A stretch of 64,000 nt of DNA from Nymphaea colorata (Eukaryota): contig NC_045138.2 of NCBI RefSeq assembly GCF_008831285.2, positions 2,604,001 through 2,668,000 on the forward strand. The letters are read 5' to 3'. Made by a program: the position numbers and the translations under genes. Shown here one piece after another: positions 26,191-38,800 of this stretch (position 1 is the stretch's first letter; each line of letters begins with the position of its first letter). The notes under the pieces were generated by a model, which saw only the letters and a list, made by a program, of their open reading frames with translations, had not been told where the DNA came from and ran no database searches.

Positions 26191-27821
26191 ATGATCATTT
26201 TCATGCTGATCAGCTGATGGCCAGTGTTATCATGGCTATCATGCCACATTTAGTTGGTTTGAACTTTGAAGTCTTTTTTCCCATGTGTTCTAAGCATAAC
26301 TTCTCCTAGTCAAATTGATTACTGAAGGGCTTCAACTAAGCAGATGAGATTTTGGTTCATCAAGTGTGCGCTTTTCTACTGCTAACGGACTTAGGAAAGT
26401 ACAACCCAGACCTTCAAAACCAACTTACTGCAGCATGCATGGGGCGGATGGCAGTGCTCGCAGCACGAAACTTGATCATGATTTAACAGGAAAGATTTAA
26501 AACATGGCGCTGTGGAAACTTGAACACCAGATGTGCCCGGTCATCAAGATGTCGAACTGGTGGTGCTACCTTACTACATCAGCAGATTCAAAACTCTGTA
26601 ATAGCTGTAAATTAACTCGAACGAGTCACTGCTCCTTGTACAAGATAACTTCAACAAATTAAGCTGGCCAGTGCTCTCAATAGAGGGAAATAAAGAAACT
26701 TTTAGCAGTGAATATAATCAAATTTCTGTTGATACCACAGTTAGAACCTGGCTGGTTGCAGCCAACAGATGAAAATCTAATGCAGTATCACGGATCAGAA
26801 GGCAAGAATATTGCTCACTAGTCTCCATGGTGCTCTGTGGGGAGTTAGGCGGGTTTGTACATTGTTTGCATCCCAAAAATTTGTTTTGGTTTTTGGAATG
26901 TTTAAAAAAATAAGATTTTGTTTTGAAAAGCGAGATAAAGGTCTCGTTCGTTGGTACGAGGATTGACCATTCTAGTGCCTTTGTAGAGAGTAACTAATCC
27001 AATGACTATACTTATTGTTGATTCATTTCATTTTTATTTAAACATCTTTTTCATCATAAATATAATGTTGTGCTTAGAAATAATGTTGAAGATTGAAATT
27101 TCAAAGACTTTTAAATGAGAAAATTTTAAGCTATCATTTGGGTGATTCAACCATTTTAATTTGAGAGACTTTCAAATCAAGAAATTTTTGCAAATGTCAC
27201 CTAAAAATCTTTAGAAACCAATATAGGTATTTTGAAGATGTTTTTTGGAATTAATTTATTCCCTTAAGGTTTGAAGTCGGTTTAAAATTTTGTTTTAATT
27301 TGGTTACTGCCTATCTAAAGCTATATAAAAAAGTAGTTTTGATAATTCGTGAATTATACAAATGATTGTGAATGCATGAATGTATTGATTCTATATGCTT
27401 AGAAAATAAATTGTTCATTTCTACCATCACATACATCTAGATTTCTTACATTGCTTGGATATTTTGTCATAATTTTTTTAGACTATCAAGCATGATTTCA
27501 ACATTGGGTTATTACTTGAATTTTAATTTAAATGAAGCCGATAAATGAAAATTAAAATTTTAAGTCTTAGAAAAAAGATATTTGGATGAATGAAAGAAAG
27601 AAAAATAAAAGAAAAAAATGAAGATATTATCAAATATATATATGTGTGTGTGTGTGTGATCATTCATAAAAGATCATTTTAAGCCAAAAGAAATAGAGAG
27701 AAAGAGATTTTGAAAAGAGAGAAAGATTTTAAAAGTTTTTATATATATATATATATATTCCTCTCTCTCTCTTTAGAATCTTCTTCTTCTCCTCTCCTCT
27801 CTCTCTCTTTGATTTAAAGTG

Positions 27822-27869
<48 letters not shown>

Positions 27870-30174
27870 TAAAATCAAAAGATAACTTAAAGCAGTTTCA
27901 ACTTCAATTTTCTTTTTTTGTTTTGTAGGCCGAAAAGGATTTTTAACTCATGTAAGAGCTTAGATTAAGTCTCAAGGCCTAAATTGAAAATAGTTCTTAG
28001 TTTTGAAATTCTTTTAAAAACAAATTCAAAATATTTTCATATAAGCATGTGAACATTAATTATTTCAACTTTTACAAGGAAATTTATTCCTCCCACTGTT
28101 GGGTGTGGCAGGAAGTCAAACATATATGAAATGAAAAATTAATAATGTAAGAAACTCTCATTGGGATCCATAATCGAGTGATTAAGAGAAATACTAAAAG
28201 TAAGAATGTCTTAAAGATATATTTTAGCATGTAAGCATTTGTAATTAGTTTTTTGAGTTGGACAAACCTTAGTCTAAAAAATCAATATAATAACAGAAAA
28301 ATCCCAACCCAAGAATTGGTTCTTTCCATTTATTTATATATTAATTGGAAAATCAATTAACTATATATGAACATCATTTCAAATATAAACAATGGATACA
28401 TTCAATGAGCAAAGAAAGAAATTTATTTCGATCTTAGTAAAAAAAAAAGAGATTTTATTTCACCTTGCTCATGTTCTTAATGTATTCAAAAGTAGTTTGA
28501 CTTTAGAGAGAAGATTTTAGAACTATCTTGTATGACCATAGGGAAATGAAGAATGGAACAACGATTGAGATATTGACTATATATCTCTAATTAGAATGCT
28601 TGAAAAGACAATTTTTCTTCTCGTATGGTCTCAAGTCCTTCCAAATGAGCCTCTAAGGGGTTTGGGTTGAGGAAGAAGATTGCATCCAAGGTTGAAGAAA
28701 AAGAAGACAAAAAAAAAAAAAGAAAAATGAAGAGAATGCTAAGTAAAAAACTCTAAGTCTTCAAATGATAAAACCCTAAAGGTTCTCCAAGTGTTAACTC
28801 ATATTCAAAAAAAGATTTGAAGGGCTTTTACAGAGAGTCTTGGAGCTAAAACTCAAAATTTAAATTTTTTGAATTTAACAATATTTTTATGTGAATTCTA
28901 AATATTTTTGAATTCTTTTGAAATAAGCACGATAGCGCCAGGGCACTTTCGCGGCAATGCAAGGCCAAGTGTGCCTTTCCCTCACTGTTGCTTCATTTTT
29001 GGGCCAATGAAGGGGGTTTCAAGCTCCTTGGCCCCCTTGGATGGAGTCCACTTTAAGAAAATATAAAATTTATCTTAAAATGTATATTTTGAATGGCAAA
29101 ATGTTTTTTTTTTGGGGGGGTAAAAAAATGAGTCTTTTTAGATCCACATTGGGTTCATTTGATCACAAAAGTGTTTTGATCGATGCCCAAAGCTCACATG
29201 AAGGATTAGACAAGTGTTTTGAGCTCCAAACATATTTTTAAAAGTTTCGGCACAAGATTGAGAAGCAAAACAAAGGGGAGGTTTGTATGCGTCGTGCAAA
29301 TAAGGTTGAAATTTGTTATTTTGATATCCAGTTGAAAATCTTGATTTGGATCCAAAATTTGGTTTTTGATCTAATTTGGACCTGAAAGCATCATTTTGTG
29401 TGGACTTGATTTCATCTATCGGGGTCAATTATGGACTTTGGCTTCGTATTTTGGATCAATGTGAAAATTTTGGATCCATGACTTGGATTTGGGTTAAAAT
29501 CTTGATATAAAGTTGAATTTTGGATCTAAACCTTGCATTTAGATTCAGACATGGGTCTAGAGGTCCTTTTGGATCTAGGGTTGAAGTCTGAATTTGGATA
29601 TGGATCTAAATGTCTGGTTTGGGTTGAGCTTGGGTCCAAGGTCCAAAATTATATCCGAATTACTGTAAAAAAAGGTTGAAATAACTGAATTCTTGTTCGT
29701 ATAAATGGAATGCAGTTTTTTGAAAAAATTTGGGGTGATAACATACATAAATTTAAATTTGAGAACTGGATCGTGTAATTGAAAACGTATAACTTGATTG
29801 TGGAGGGGTGAATACTCTCTCTCACACACACACCCACATAGAATTAGAATTGATTCGCATTAATGGAGACTCTTACCTACCTTCAATCAATTTCCAAGGC
29901 ATCAGCTGCTACTTCAACCAAAAGTCATTCCACTCCAGGGCTAACTTAGATAAGTTTCACTCGGAGATAACTTGTTCAAGACAAGTGAACCATATATAAC
30001 ATATCTTCCCAACAAAAACTTACAGCATTCTTAATTGAAAGACCCGATATCTAGTATGAGAATTCAAACTCATTTACTTATTATTTATAACGATAACAAT
30101 CAAGAAGAACAAGACCAGTTAAGATGCCGGATTCCTACGAACTAAACCTCTTTACATTTTGAGTAAGTTCTTGT

Positions 30175-30705
30175 CAGGGGCTAGCCAAAAACTTTTCATG
30201 AGGGAGGCCCAATTAAAGTTTGTAAATTTTGACACGTGCCGAAATATTATTTTTCAAAATTTTTATATAAAACAAGTGAAATTTTTTAAAATTTACATGT
30301 AATTTTTAAAATTTTTCTTTTGCATAATATAGTTGGTCAAGTCGATCAACATGCAAACAACATGTCGTCGATCCAATTCCCATACATGCTACTCTTTCAT
30401 ACTGCAAACTGCGACATTGTTGCTACCCATGTTTCAAAGTAGGTCCTAAAACTTGGAACAAAGTTTTTAAGGAAGAGGCTTTGCGTCTTGGGTGTCATGG
30501 CCTGTGAAGCATGAGCGAAGCTAGGGGGCCTCATGGGCCTTGGCCTCACCTCAAAAGCTTTTTTTTTTTTTTTAATTTACATGTAAATTTTAGAAAATTT
30601 TATTTGTCTTATATAAAAATTTTGAAAAATGATATTTCAATCATTGTCAAAATTTAGAAACTTTAATTAAGCCCTCCTCATGAAAAATTTCTTTCTCCAT
30701 CCCTG
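30175..30705. repeat. Two MITE-family copies in inverted orientation (arms ~30175-30305 and ~30572-30705)
   Basis: The reverse complement of 30572-30705 aligns by eye with 30175-30305 (TTTTCATGAGG..AATTAAAGTT..AAATTTTGACA..TTTTTCAAAATTTTTATATAA..AAAATTTACATGTAA). Confidence 0.8.
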
Positions 30706-30750
30706 TGAAGGGATTACGTCTATAACGACAAACAAAACATCTTAAAAGTC

Positions 30751-31133
30751 TATAGTCACAAATAACATTTCGGGCTTTTAAATAACGAAGTTTTTCTGAG
30801 TATAACATGGCGAGCTTGAAGAAGGGGGGAAAACAGAAAAAATATGTAAAATTTTTAAAAATTTAAAAAACTAAAAATAAAGAGAAAATAAAATAAGTAA
30901 GAAACTAATAACACAAAAAAAGATAAGTAGATTTGCAACAAATAAAAAATGAAAAAAAATTGTTTGACATTAAAAAAATTGAAAAAATAAAAAACAGAAA
31001 AAATGCGAAAAAACATGTTTTTTTTATCTTTAACGTTTTTTTTAAAAGATGTATTTGTTAAGTTTTAAACAGCAAGTTAACTTATCACATTTCTTTTTTT
31101 TTTTTTTGAAAAAAACGCATTTTTTGTAACTAT
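30751..31133. mobile_element. A/T-rich MITE (ATAGTCACA TIR family); opposite-orientation copy at ~60406-60724
   Basis: Termini TATAGTCACAAA / TTTGTAACTATA. Interior GAAACTAATAACACAAA..TAAGTAGATTTGCAA is the reverse complement of sequence at ~60586-60630. Confidence 0.65.
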
Positions 31134-32820
31134 AACATAAAACATAGGTCATTTACTGGCACACGTTATCAGGAAGGTTTTCTATCCAAATATGCCAATC
31201 AATCACCACGACTAGAGGAATATTTAATGTTTTCCAGTAATGTATTAATTCAGGAGGGGCACCTGTTTATAATTTTATTAAGAAAGGGCCGAAAGATATA
31301 AATTTAGAAGGATTATCTGATGCGTATCGTATCAAGCAGCACCTCTTTTGTCGATAGTGATATAATGATATAGACAAGGTTGGTTGGTACTAGTTTAATA
31401 CACACACTCCCACCATTTAAAATCAATTCTAAATATTTTAAATTATTCTTAAATTTTAAAAATAAAAGACAAAGGGATACAAGCCGATACATAGTGATGT
31501 GTATCGGTGACTCGCCGAATCGGTAAGATGCTGGTATCGAAAAACAAATGTTAACACCAACAATGGATGTCAATGTATTCTATTTGAATTGGATATCCGA
31601 TCAATCAGATATTAAAAGAATTAATATTTGATTAAGAAATCAAATTAAATTTGAATTTAATAAGTGACATTTGATTGGATTCGGATGTACATAAATATTT
31701 AATCGGATTCAGATCAGATTCATTTTAAACAAATATCTTGTATCTAATGCTATTAAATTTTGAAAATTGATAAAATTTGGTTTAAAAATTTAGATTCTGA
31801 TTTGGATATAAATATAAAAATCAGATTTGGATTGTAAAATTAGATTTTGGATATGTTTTTTTATTCAAATTTGAATTCAAATATGTAAATATTAAAAAAA
31901 TGGTTATGATTAAAGATATATCTAATGCTATTAAATTTTAAAAATTGGTAAAATTGGGTTCAAAAATTCAGATTCGGATTTGGATATAAATATAAAAATG
32001 AGATTTGAGACGGCTCCTTCGAGCGAGTGATGCCAGGAGTTGTTTTTTTTTTTTTTGAGTTTTACTCAATTTATATGAGTTTTTTTTTATAAAAATTTTC
32101 GGGGTTACCTATAGTCCATAACTTTAAAAAAGGGACGTTTATGTAATTTTATTATAAAGGACACATTTTCTAATCTTTTTCCAGTATAACTTTTTTTTAT
32201 CGAGAAATTACGTTCTTACTTTTTCTAGATATTTTCTTTTCTTTCTCGTTAAAAAATCGTCCTCTAACGCAAAATTGGAAAAGTGGACAGTTTGTTAGGA
32301 GTTATAAAGAGGAATAGGCTCAAAAAGGTAAATTTCGCCAGTTGAATCAATGGCGCCCGAAACAAAACACCCGAGTGACCCGCCTCTTCCTTTTGCTCGT
32401 TTTTCTCATGGAAGGTATCGTATACCAATAGGAAGTGCGAAGACTCCGGTGACGGAACTTGCCTCGCCCGCAGCCGGAGATCTCCTTTTGAACAAGAACG
32501 AACAGGATGAGGAGGAGAGCTGCTGTCTTTTGAGTTGTTTAGACGATGCAGATATTTCCTTGAGGTTATGTTAGAGAAGGACATGAATCTTCCTAATGAA
32601 TCCTTTCTGTTGCACACAATTATGAGCTGGTGAATCATAACCTTACAGATTTGATACATTTATTATATGCAGAAAGAATCAGGTAAGTGCGGCCCTGATG
32701 AAATTTTACTGTAAATGACAGCTTCCGTCTTTAACAGATGATGCCTCCGCTGAAGTTTTATGGATTCAGTTTTGTATCGGCGATTATTTTGTGTCTTCCT
32801 GTGAATCTTTGGGGGCGAAG

Positions 32821-35800
32821 ATGAAGGTTTCTGTCGCGTGGACGGCTAGGGAATGGACCGAATGCGTTTGGATGGCCGCGATCTGCATTTTGCTGCATCT
32901 TCTTTTATGCTCGGGAACTTACGCTTCAATTTGCTCCGAAATTGGTGATTATTCTTGGTTTTTTGGAGTGTTCGGTGTAGGATTGCCCTGAGTTGTGAAA
33001 TAGTCATTATTTCAACGTACAGATAGCACCTGTTTTACTCTTTGAATTCGATTTAGCTCGCCTCAAGATCGAAGCGCTCGCGACGAGTAGTGAGAAATTC
33101 TCAATTCCTGTTCAAAATCGCGAGCTCCAAGATCTGGACTCAGCTTCGAGTTTAGTGCTTCAGTGTCTTCTGTCTCTCACTCATCCCAAAACCGAAGCCT
33201 GCGGTTGTTGTTTAGGGCTCGTAATGTCTTTGTGAGCCTCTCGATTCCCCTTTTTCGTACGGTTTGTGATCAGGCAGTGGTCTTACCTTTTTCTTCTACA
33301 ACCATTTCTTCTGACGGAAAAAGAAACTCCGTATTTTTCTGTAAGATTGAAATGTGCTCGTTTTTATCGTCCAGTTCTGAGCTCTCGATCATGCATTGAC
33401 GTAGTGGTGAGCGTCTTCTTTTCCTTCCTTTCTTTCCTTCTTTCACCTCCCTGAATGGTAAAGAATTTGGCGGTAAAGGATGTAGATTTCATCGATTTAC
33501 CACCGACTTCCAAAGAGTGTAGCTACGTGCTCGTGTGCGTACCCTGCAGATTAAAGACCGGATTTCCGCCGTTCCTCTTTTCTTCACGAGTAGAAAATTG
33601 TTTTGGGAAAAGCCGTTCGATGCTTTGTTGCATCCGAAAGTGGAAAAAGGAGATCAAGCCAAACGGGATCACTGAAAGGCCATGGAGAAGGCAGTCTGCT
33701 TTCATTCTTCTGCTTCCCTCCACGATTCACGACTCTCCTTCGTTTTCTCCTGCGCGCACGTCAGACGGGTTTCTTCCTCTTCCCTTTTCTGTTTCACGAT
33801 GGTTGCCCACTGGGTTGCCGTTTGCTCGGTTCGCCGTCTGCAGTTGGCTTTGCCACTGTCCTGCTGTTCGGTTAGTGTCGCTGGGTTTGTTTGTTGCTTC
33901 TCCGTTTGCCTTGGATGTCCGGCGGTTTTTCTAGTGATTTTCTTTGAGAAGCGTCACTTTTTGGAAGTATAATATCTGCCGATCTTTTTATCTTCCACTG
34001 GAAGTGAAATTTTTGTTGGTAACGTTGATATATTACTTTGGTTTAACTTTCCACACACACACACACACGCACGCACAATTAAAAAATATGTATGAGAATT
34101 AGTCATGGACCATTTGATCAATATGACCAGACTGCTCATAATTGTTTATGCATAAGAATGATTTTAAAGAGCGATTTACATTTTGTTCAAAATTTTATTT
34201 TATATGTGGCAACGTGTAACTAATCCAATGAAACGTTGCGACATCCACCGGTGTTTCTCATATTTCTCCTAGTGATCTGGGTGTGTGTTGATCTCATGCA
34301 TTATTTCGTCTTTGACAGTACTACACCTTCGCTTGAATGCGAAACTTTTTGTTTGTAAATTTCATGTCTGAATCAAATAATAATAACAATAACTAGTGCG
34401 GCGTCATTTCATTAATAAAGGCCGGGAGACAATCGCCCCGTATCCTTCATTGGAACTAGACTACCAGTGCGGCTTTCTTTCTTTCTGCTTCTTCTTTGTC
34501 AATGACTATACTTTTGTAGGATATTTAACTCTGTTGTTGTGCCATATTGGTTTTAGGGTTGTAAACTTTTGGTGTAATTCAGCATTTGTTTTTGATAAAC
34601 ACAAGATCATATGTAGAAAATCTTTTTTCCTATGGATCATTTAGTTTCAGTTTTCTAGTTGGACAACATGGAAGCTTGGAATCGTACACCATCTATTTTC
34701 AATGTGTATATTCCGAATTGGTGATTTAACTGAATTCCACTGACAGTGCTGCTTTTCAGGCTGCGCAAGGAGGAGCTCCAACTTGACACCAACGGCTGCT
34801 TCCCGTGGTGTAACCCTGGAGATTCAGGACCGCCATGTATGAATCTCACTTCTCCTTGGTCCTATCATTTGCAAAGGCGTTTAACTTTTGAAAAATAATA
34901 AATATTTAGTTTTGTTGCCTTAGCATAGCTCCTTGGACTAGTTGCTGGAGTGCGGCTAGTCATTGGTCTTGTCGCTTAGTAAAATCCTAAGCAACACTTT
35001 ATGTTATATTTCCATAAAGAGAATAATGTATTGGCCAGAAAATACCATATATGCTGAATTCTTAATTCAAATTAAGATATTCAACTTAAGTGCAAGATTA
35101 CATATACTGACGTAATTTGATAAAAGTTCGTTCACCCTATGATGTTATTGAAAAACAATATAAGTGAACATGCAACTCTTAAGTATCTCAACCAAGCTGC
35201 TTTCCTTTTCTAGCAGGTGGTGATTGGCAATGGGATCGTTCAAGTCACGGTGTCTAAGCCCGAGGGAATAGTAACGGGAATAAAGTATAATCGCCTTGAC
35301 AATTTGCTAGAGATCGACCAAGAAGGGGCGACGGGAGGGTAAAAATCTCTTCTCTCTCTCTCTGCCTATGGACTTTTTTTTTTCTCAAGATCCTTGCCGT
35401 GACTGGGTTGTGGTGGTGGTAGCACATCCACATTTCGATCAGCATGGAGTTATGCTTTTGTACCAAAAATGAGCGTGGGATGTATACACTTGGGGTACAA
35501 TAACTTTCCACACTCCCCAAAAGGTACCTCCTTTCTGACCCTGACAGTGAGACAGCCAGTCTTCCTCCAAGTTATAAGCTCCCGCACACTTTGACAAGGC
35601 GTGCCCCAGTGTAACTCGGGCCAGAAAATTAGGTGTTTGGCGGGCTCGTGTTGACTTATTTGCTTTGACTTATTTTTAATATTATTTTTATTGATATATA
35701 TATATAATTATATGTATTTTATTATAATATATATATATATATAATATTCTAACTTGGGCAGGCTGGGGCCAGGCTCAGGTTTTGAATAGTTGACTGTGCC

Positions 35801-38800
35801 CAAGCCTCAGTCACGAGCTATGGTCAGGCCTAAGTCCAACTCCTTATTAAGTGGACTCAAGCCCAACCTCACTAACACACAATTATAGGTTTCAGTTGAT
35901 AATAAGAACCCATAGAAGGCATATAGTGCTTTTGAAGACTTCTTGATTATTACTTTCCTTCTCTTCATAACTCAAAGACTTTTTTTTTTCCTGGACCAGT
36001 TTGTTTTGGGATGAGAATCATGATAATCTAAAGTTTTAAATATTATAAGCCAAAGTTAGAGCACTTTTGCAAAATTTCATCTTTAGATGTAACTTTGAAT
36101 TATTCCAAAACTGGGGCACTCCTTTTTTTTTATCTCGTCATCTTGAGAAACAATATCGCAGCGAGCCAGCGAGTGCTTGTTTTTCACTTGTTGGCTTTGG
36201 ATGGAGCTTTGAGGTGGATGTAACAAGCTTTGACAGTGAACGATCAAATTGAAAAAAGAAAAATACAAATGATATCACTAAGAAGCTTGATAAGTTATCT
36301 TTTTCCCCGCATAATGAATAAACCCCTTTTACGTTTGGAGACATCTCATGAATGTCAGTTGATGTATAAAGATCCATTATAACTTGAAAGGACTATAAAT
36401 TGTTCATCTATGTAAAGAACCCTTTTTTTTCCTCCCAGAGGAGCTTATGGCTCGTGGATATTTTTACAGGTACTGGGATCTATACTGGAATGAACCAAAT
36501 GGCCCAGGAATCTCTGATGTGTAAGCAGACAGATTATTAAAAAGTCTATGTTAATACGCCAGAGATTGGTTCTTAAGTCTCTGATTCTGTGGTTCGGTTC
36601 TCGTAGTTGGGTTTGGATCAGCTGCAATTGGACCATTGTGTTTTAGAAACCAAATTTTTGAAGATTTTTCCTTGAACAGTTTAACTACGTGGATATGTTT
36701 TACATGGATCAGGATCAAGAAATTGTCCTTTAGATCACTTTATCTGAATACAAAAACATTGTTTCGTAAAAACTTGCAGTTCGAAATCTGAAGTTTCTAA
36801 TATTCTTTTATTAGAGTTTATGAAATTCTACCATCATCTCTGCGTAAAGTGACGCATTGGTTTTACATATGAAGATTACGCCATGGTATTCCCAACAAAA
36901 ATTTGGAATAGAACTAAAGTGTTGATTCCGATCTGAACTAACACAGAAACACTTGAAACCTCGTTGGCTTGCAAGGGGGAGCCGTACTAGATCATATCAA
37001 GCCAAAAGTTTAGATTATCTCCAAAAGCAGATGAGTTCAGACTTTTGATACGGATCCGAGTTTATTTGTGCGAAAATTCGCCTTTGGGTGTCTTCAGGGC
37101 AGGGCCAAGGCAGGGGCCGCTTTGGCCCTGGCCCTACCTCAATTTTTTTTTTAAAAATTATATGTAAATTTTAGAAAATTTCATTTGTTTTATATAAAAA
37201 TTTTGAAAAAATGATGTTTAAACCCTACTCAAAATTTAGAAACTTTAATTCAGCCCCCTTATAAAAAATTTGTAGTTTAGAAACAAATGTGCCAATTGAT
37301 GAGTAGTAGCTGCTTGTTTTTAAATACTTGTAATATTTTAAGAACATATCTCTTTGATTTTTTTTCTCATGAAATGATTTTTCTTTTTATTATTTTTGAC
37401 CGACTTTGACCGATTCAGCTGAATCGGCCGATTGCTTGGGCGCCTGAATTGACTGGAAAACTGGTTGGGGTTGATCCGATTGCTTTCTAATTAACAAACA
37501 GTACCCCAAGAAGATTTATGAAAGAACAATATTGCAGGATAAAGGGTACAGATTTTAGTGTGGTCTTACAGAATGAAAGCCAGATTGAGGTCTCCTTCAA
37601 AAGAACATGGAATTCTTCTCTGACAGGCAAGCTTGCTCCTCTCAATATAGATAAAAGGTTTCTCTCTCTCTCTCTCTCTCTCACATGAAACATAACTAAG
37701 ACCATCGACTTGGAAAACTTTGTTAGTGGTTGAAATGTGAGATAATGATATCTAAGAGGAAACCAACATTTGGTCTGTATCCTAGACTTGCAAGATACTA
37801 ATATGCAATTACCACTTTGGTAAAAGAGAGATTTATAAAATAATACATGCAAACATGCAGAAATCATGAAAATAAAGGCAGCCTTTTGAGGAAAAAGGGC
37901 TTCCTCAAATGGACATAGGGTAGTAGGTCAAATTAATTAGTGAGGTTTGACGTATTTACTACTAATAATTTTACTGATTAATTCCTTAATTTCGCTAGAT
38001 TATGTTGTGGATGTGTATCAACAGTTTTGGGCTTTATGTAGGTTTATCTTGCTTAGTGGTCAGTCAGGATTTTACAGCTATGCGATCTTTGAACACTTGG
38101 GAGGGTGGCCTGACTTCGATGTTGCAGAGATAAGGATCGCTTTTAAGCTAAGGAAAAACATGTATAGTTGATCTCTCATCACTCTTTGCTGGTAGTTACT
38201 TTCTTGTTTCCTCTATTGGAATGAGTTTAGTGAAGGATTAGTTTGAGTGGTGCTCTCATCATAAACTTGGTTCAGTCCTTTTGCAATTTTTCTTCCAACT
38301 GAAAGTTCTTGAATTGTCAATGGACGTTTAGATTCCACTACATGGCCATAGCAGACGATCGCCAGAGGATAATGCCCATGCCGGATGATCGTTTGCCTGG
38401 ACGTGGTCAACCGTTGGCTTACCCTGAAGCAGTGCTGCTAGTGAATCCGATCAATCCTGACCTTAAAGGGGAGGTGAGAAAGCTTTAGAACTGCAGGAAA
38501 CTGCATACTTTTCTCTTCAACAAGCTTCTCAACTCTAAGCCATTTTATCTTCCTAGCACAGGCATGTTAAGACATTGTCAACACTTAAACCATCGAAGTT
38601 GTTTCAGAGTCTCTGACTAATTAAATTGGTTTCCTCCGTATGCCATTTTCCACTATATATTGCTGTCGGCTCTCTCTCTCCAAATTCTTAGGGGCTAAGA
38701 GTTCAGAAAACCAGGTGGATGATAAATACCAGTATTCCTGTGATAATGAGGACAACAGAGTTCACGGATGGATCTCCAGCGACCCGCCCATCGGATTCTG

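Noticed and set aside
26900..29700. AT-rich region with TE-like and GGATC(C/T)A-repeat character
   Set aside because: No termini, TSD or coding motif identifiable by eye.
33455..33972. ORFs of 90-159 aa in RG lyase intron 1
   Set aside because: Low-complexity pyrimidine-rich sequence with no protein motifs or splice support.
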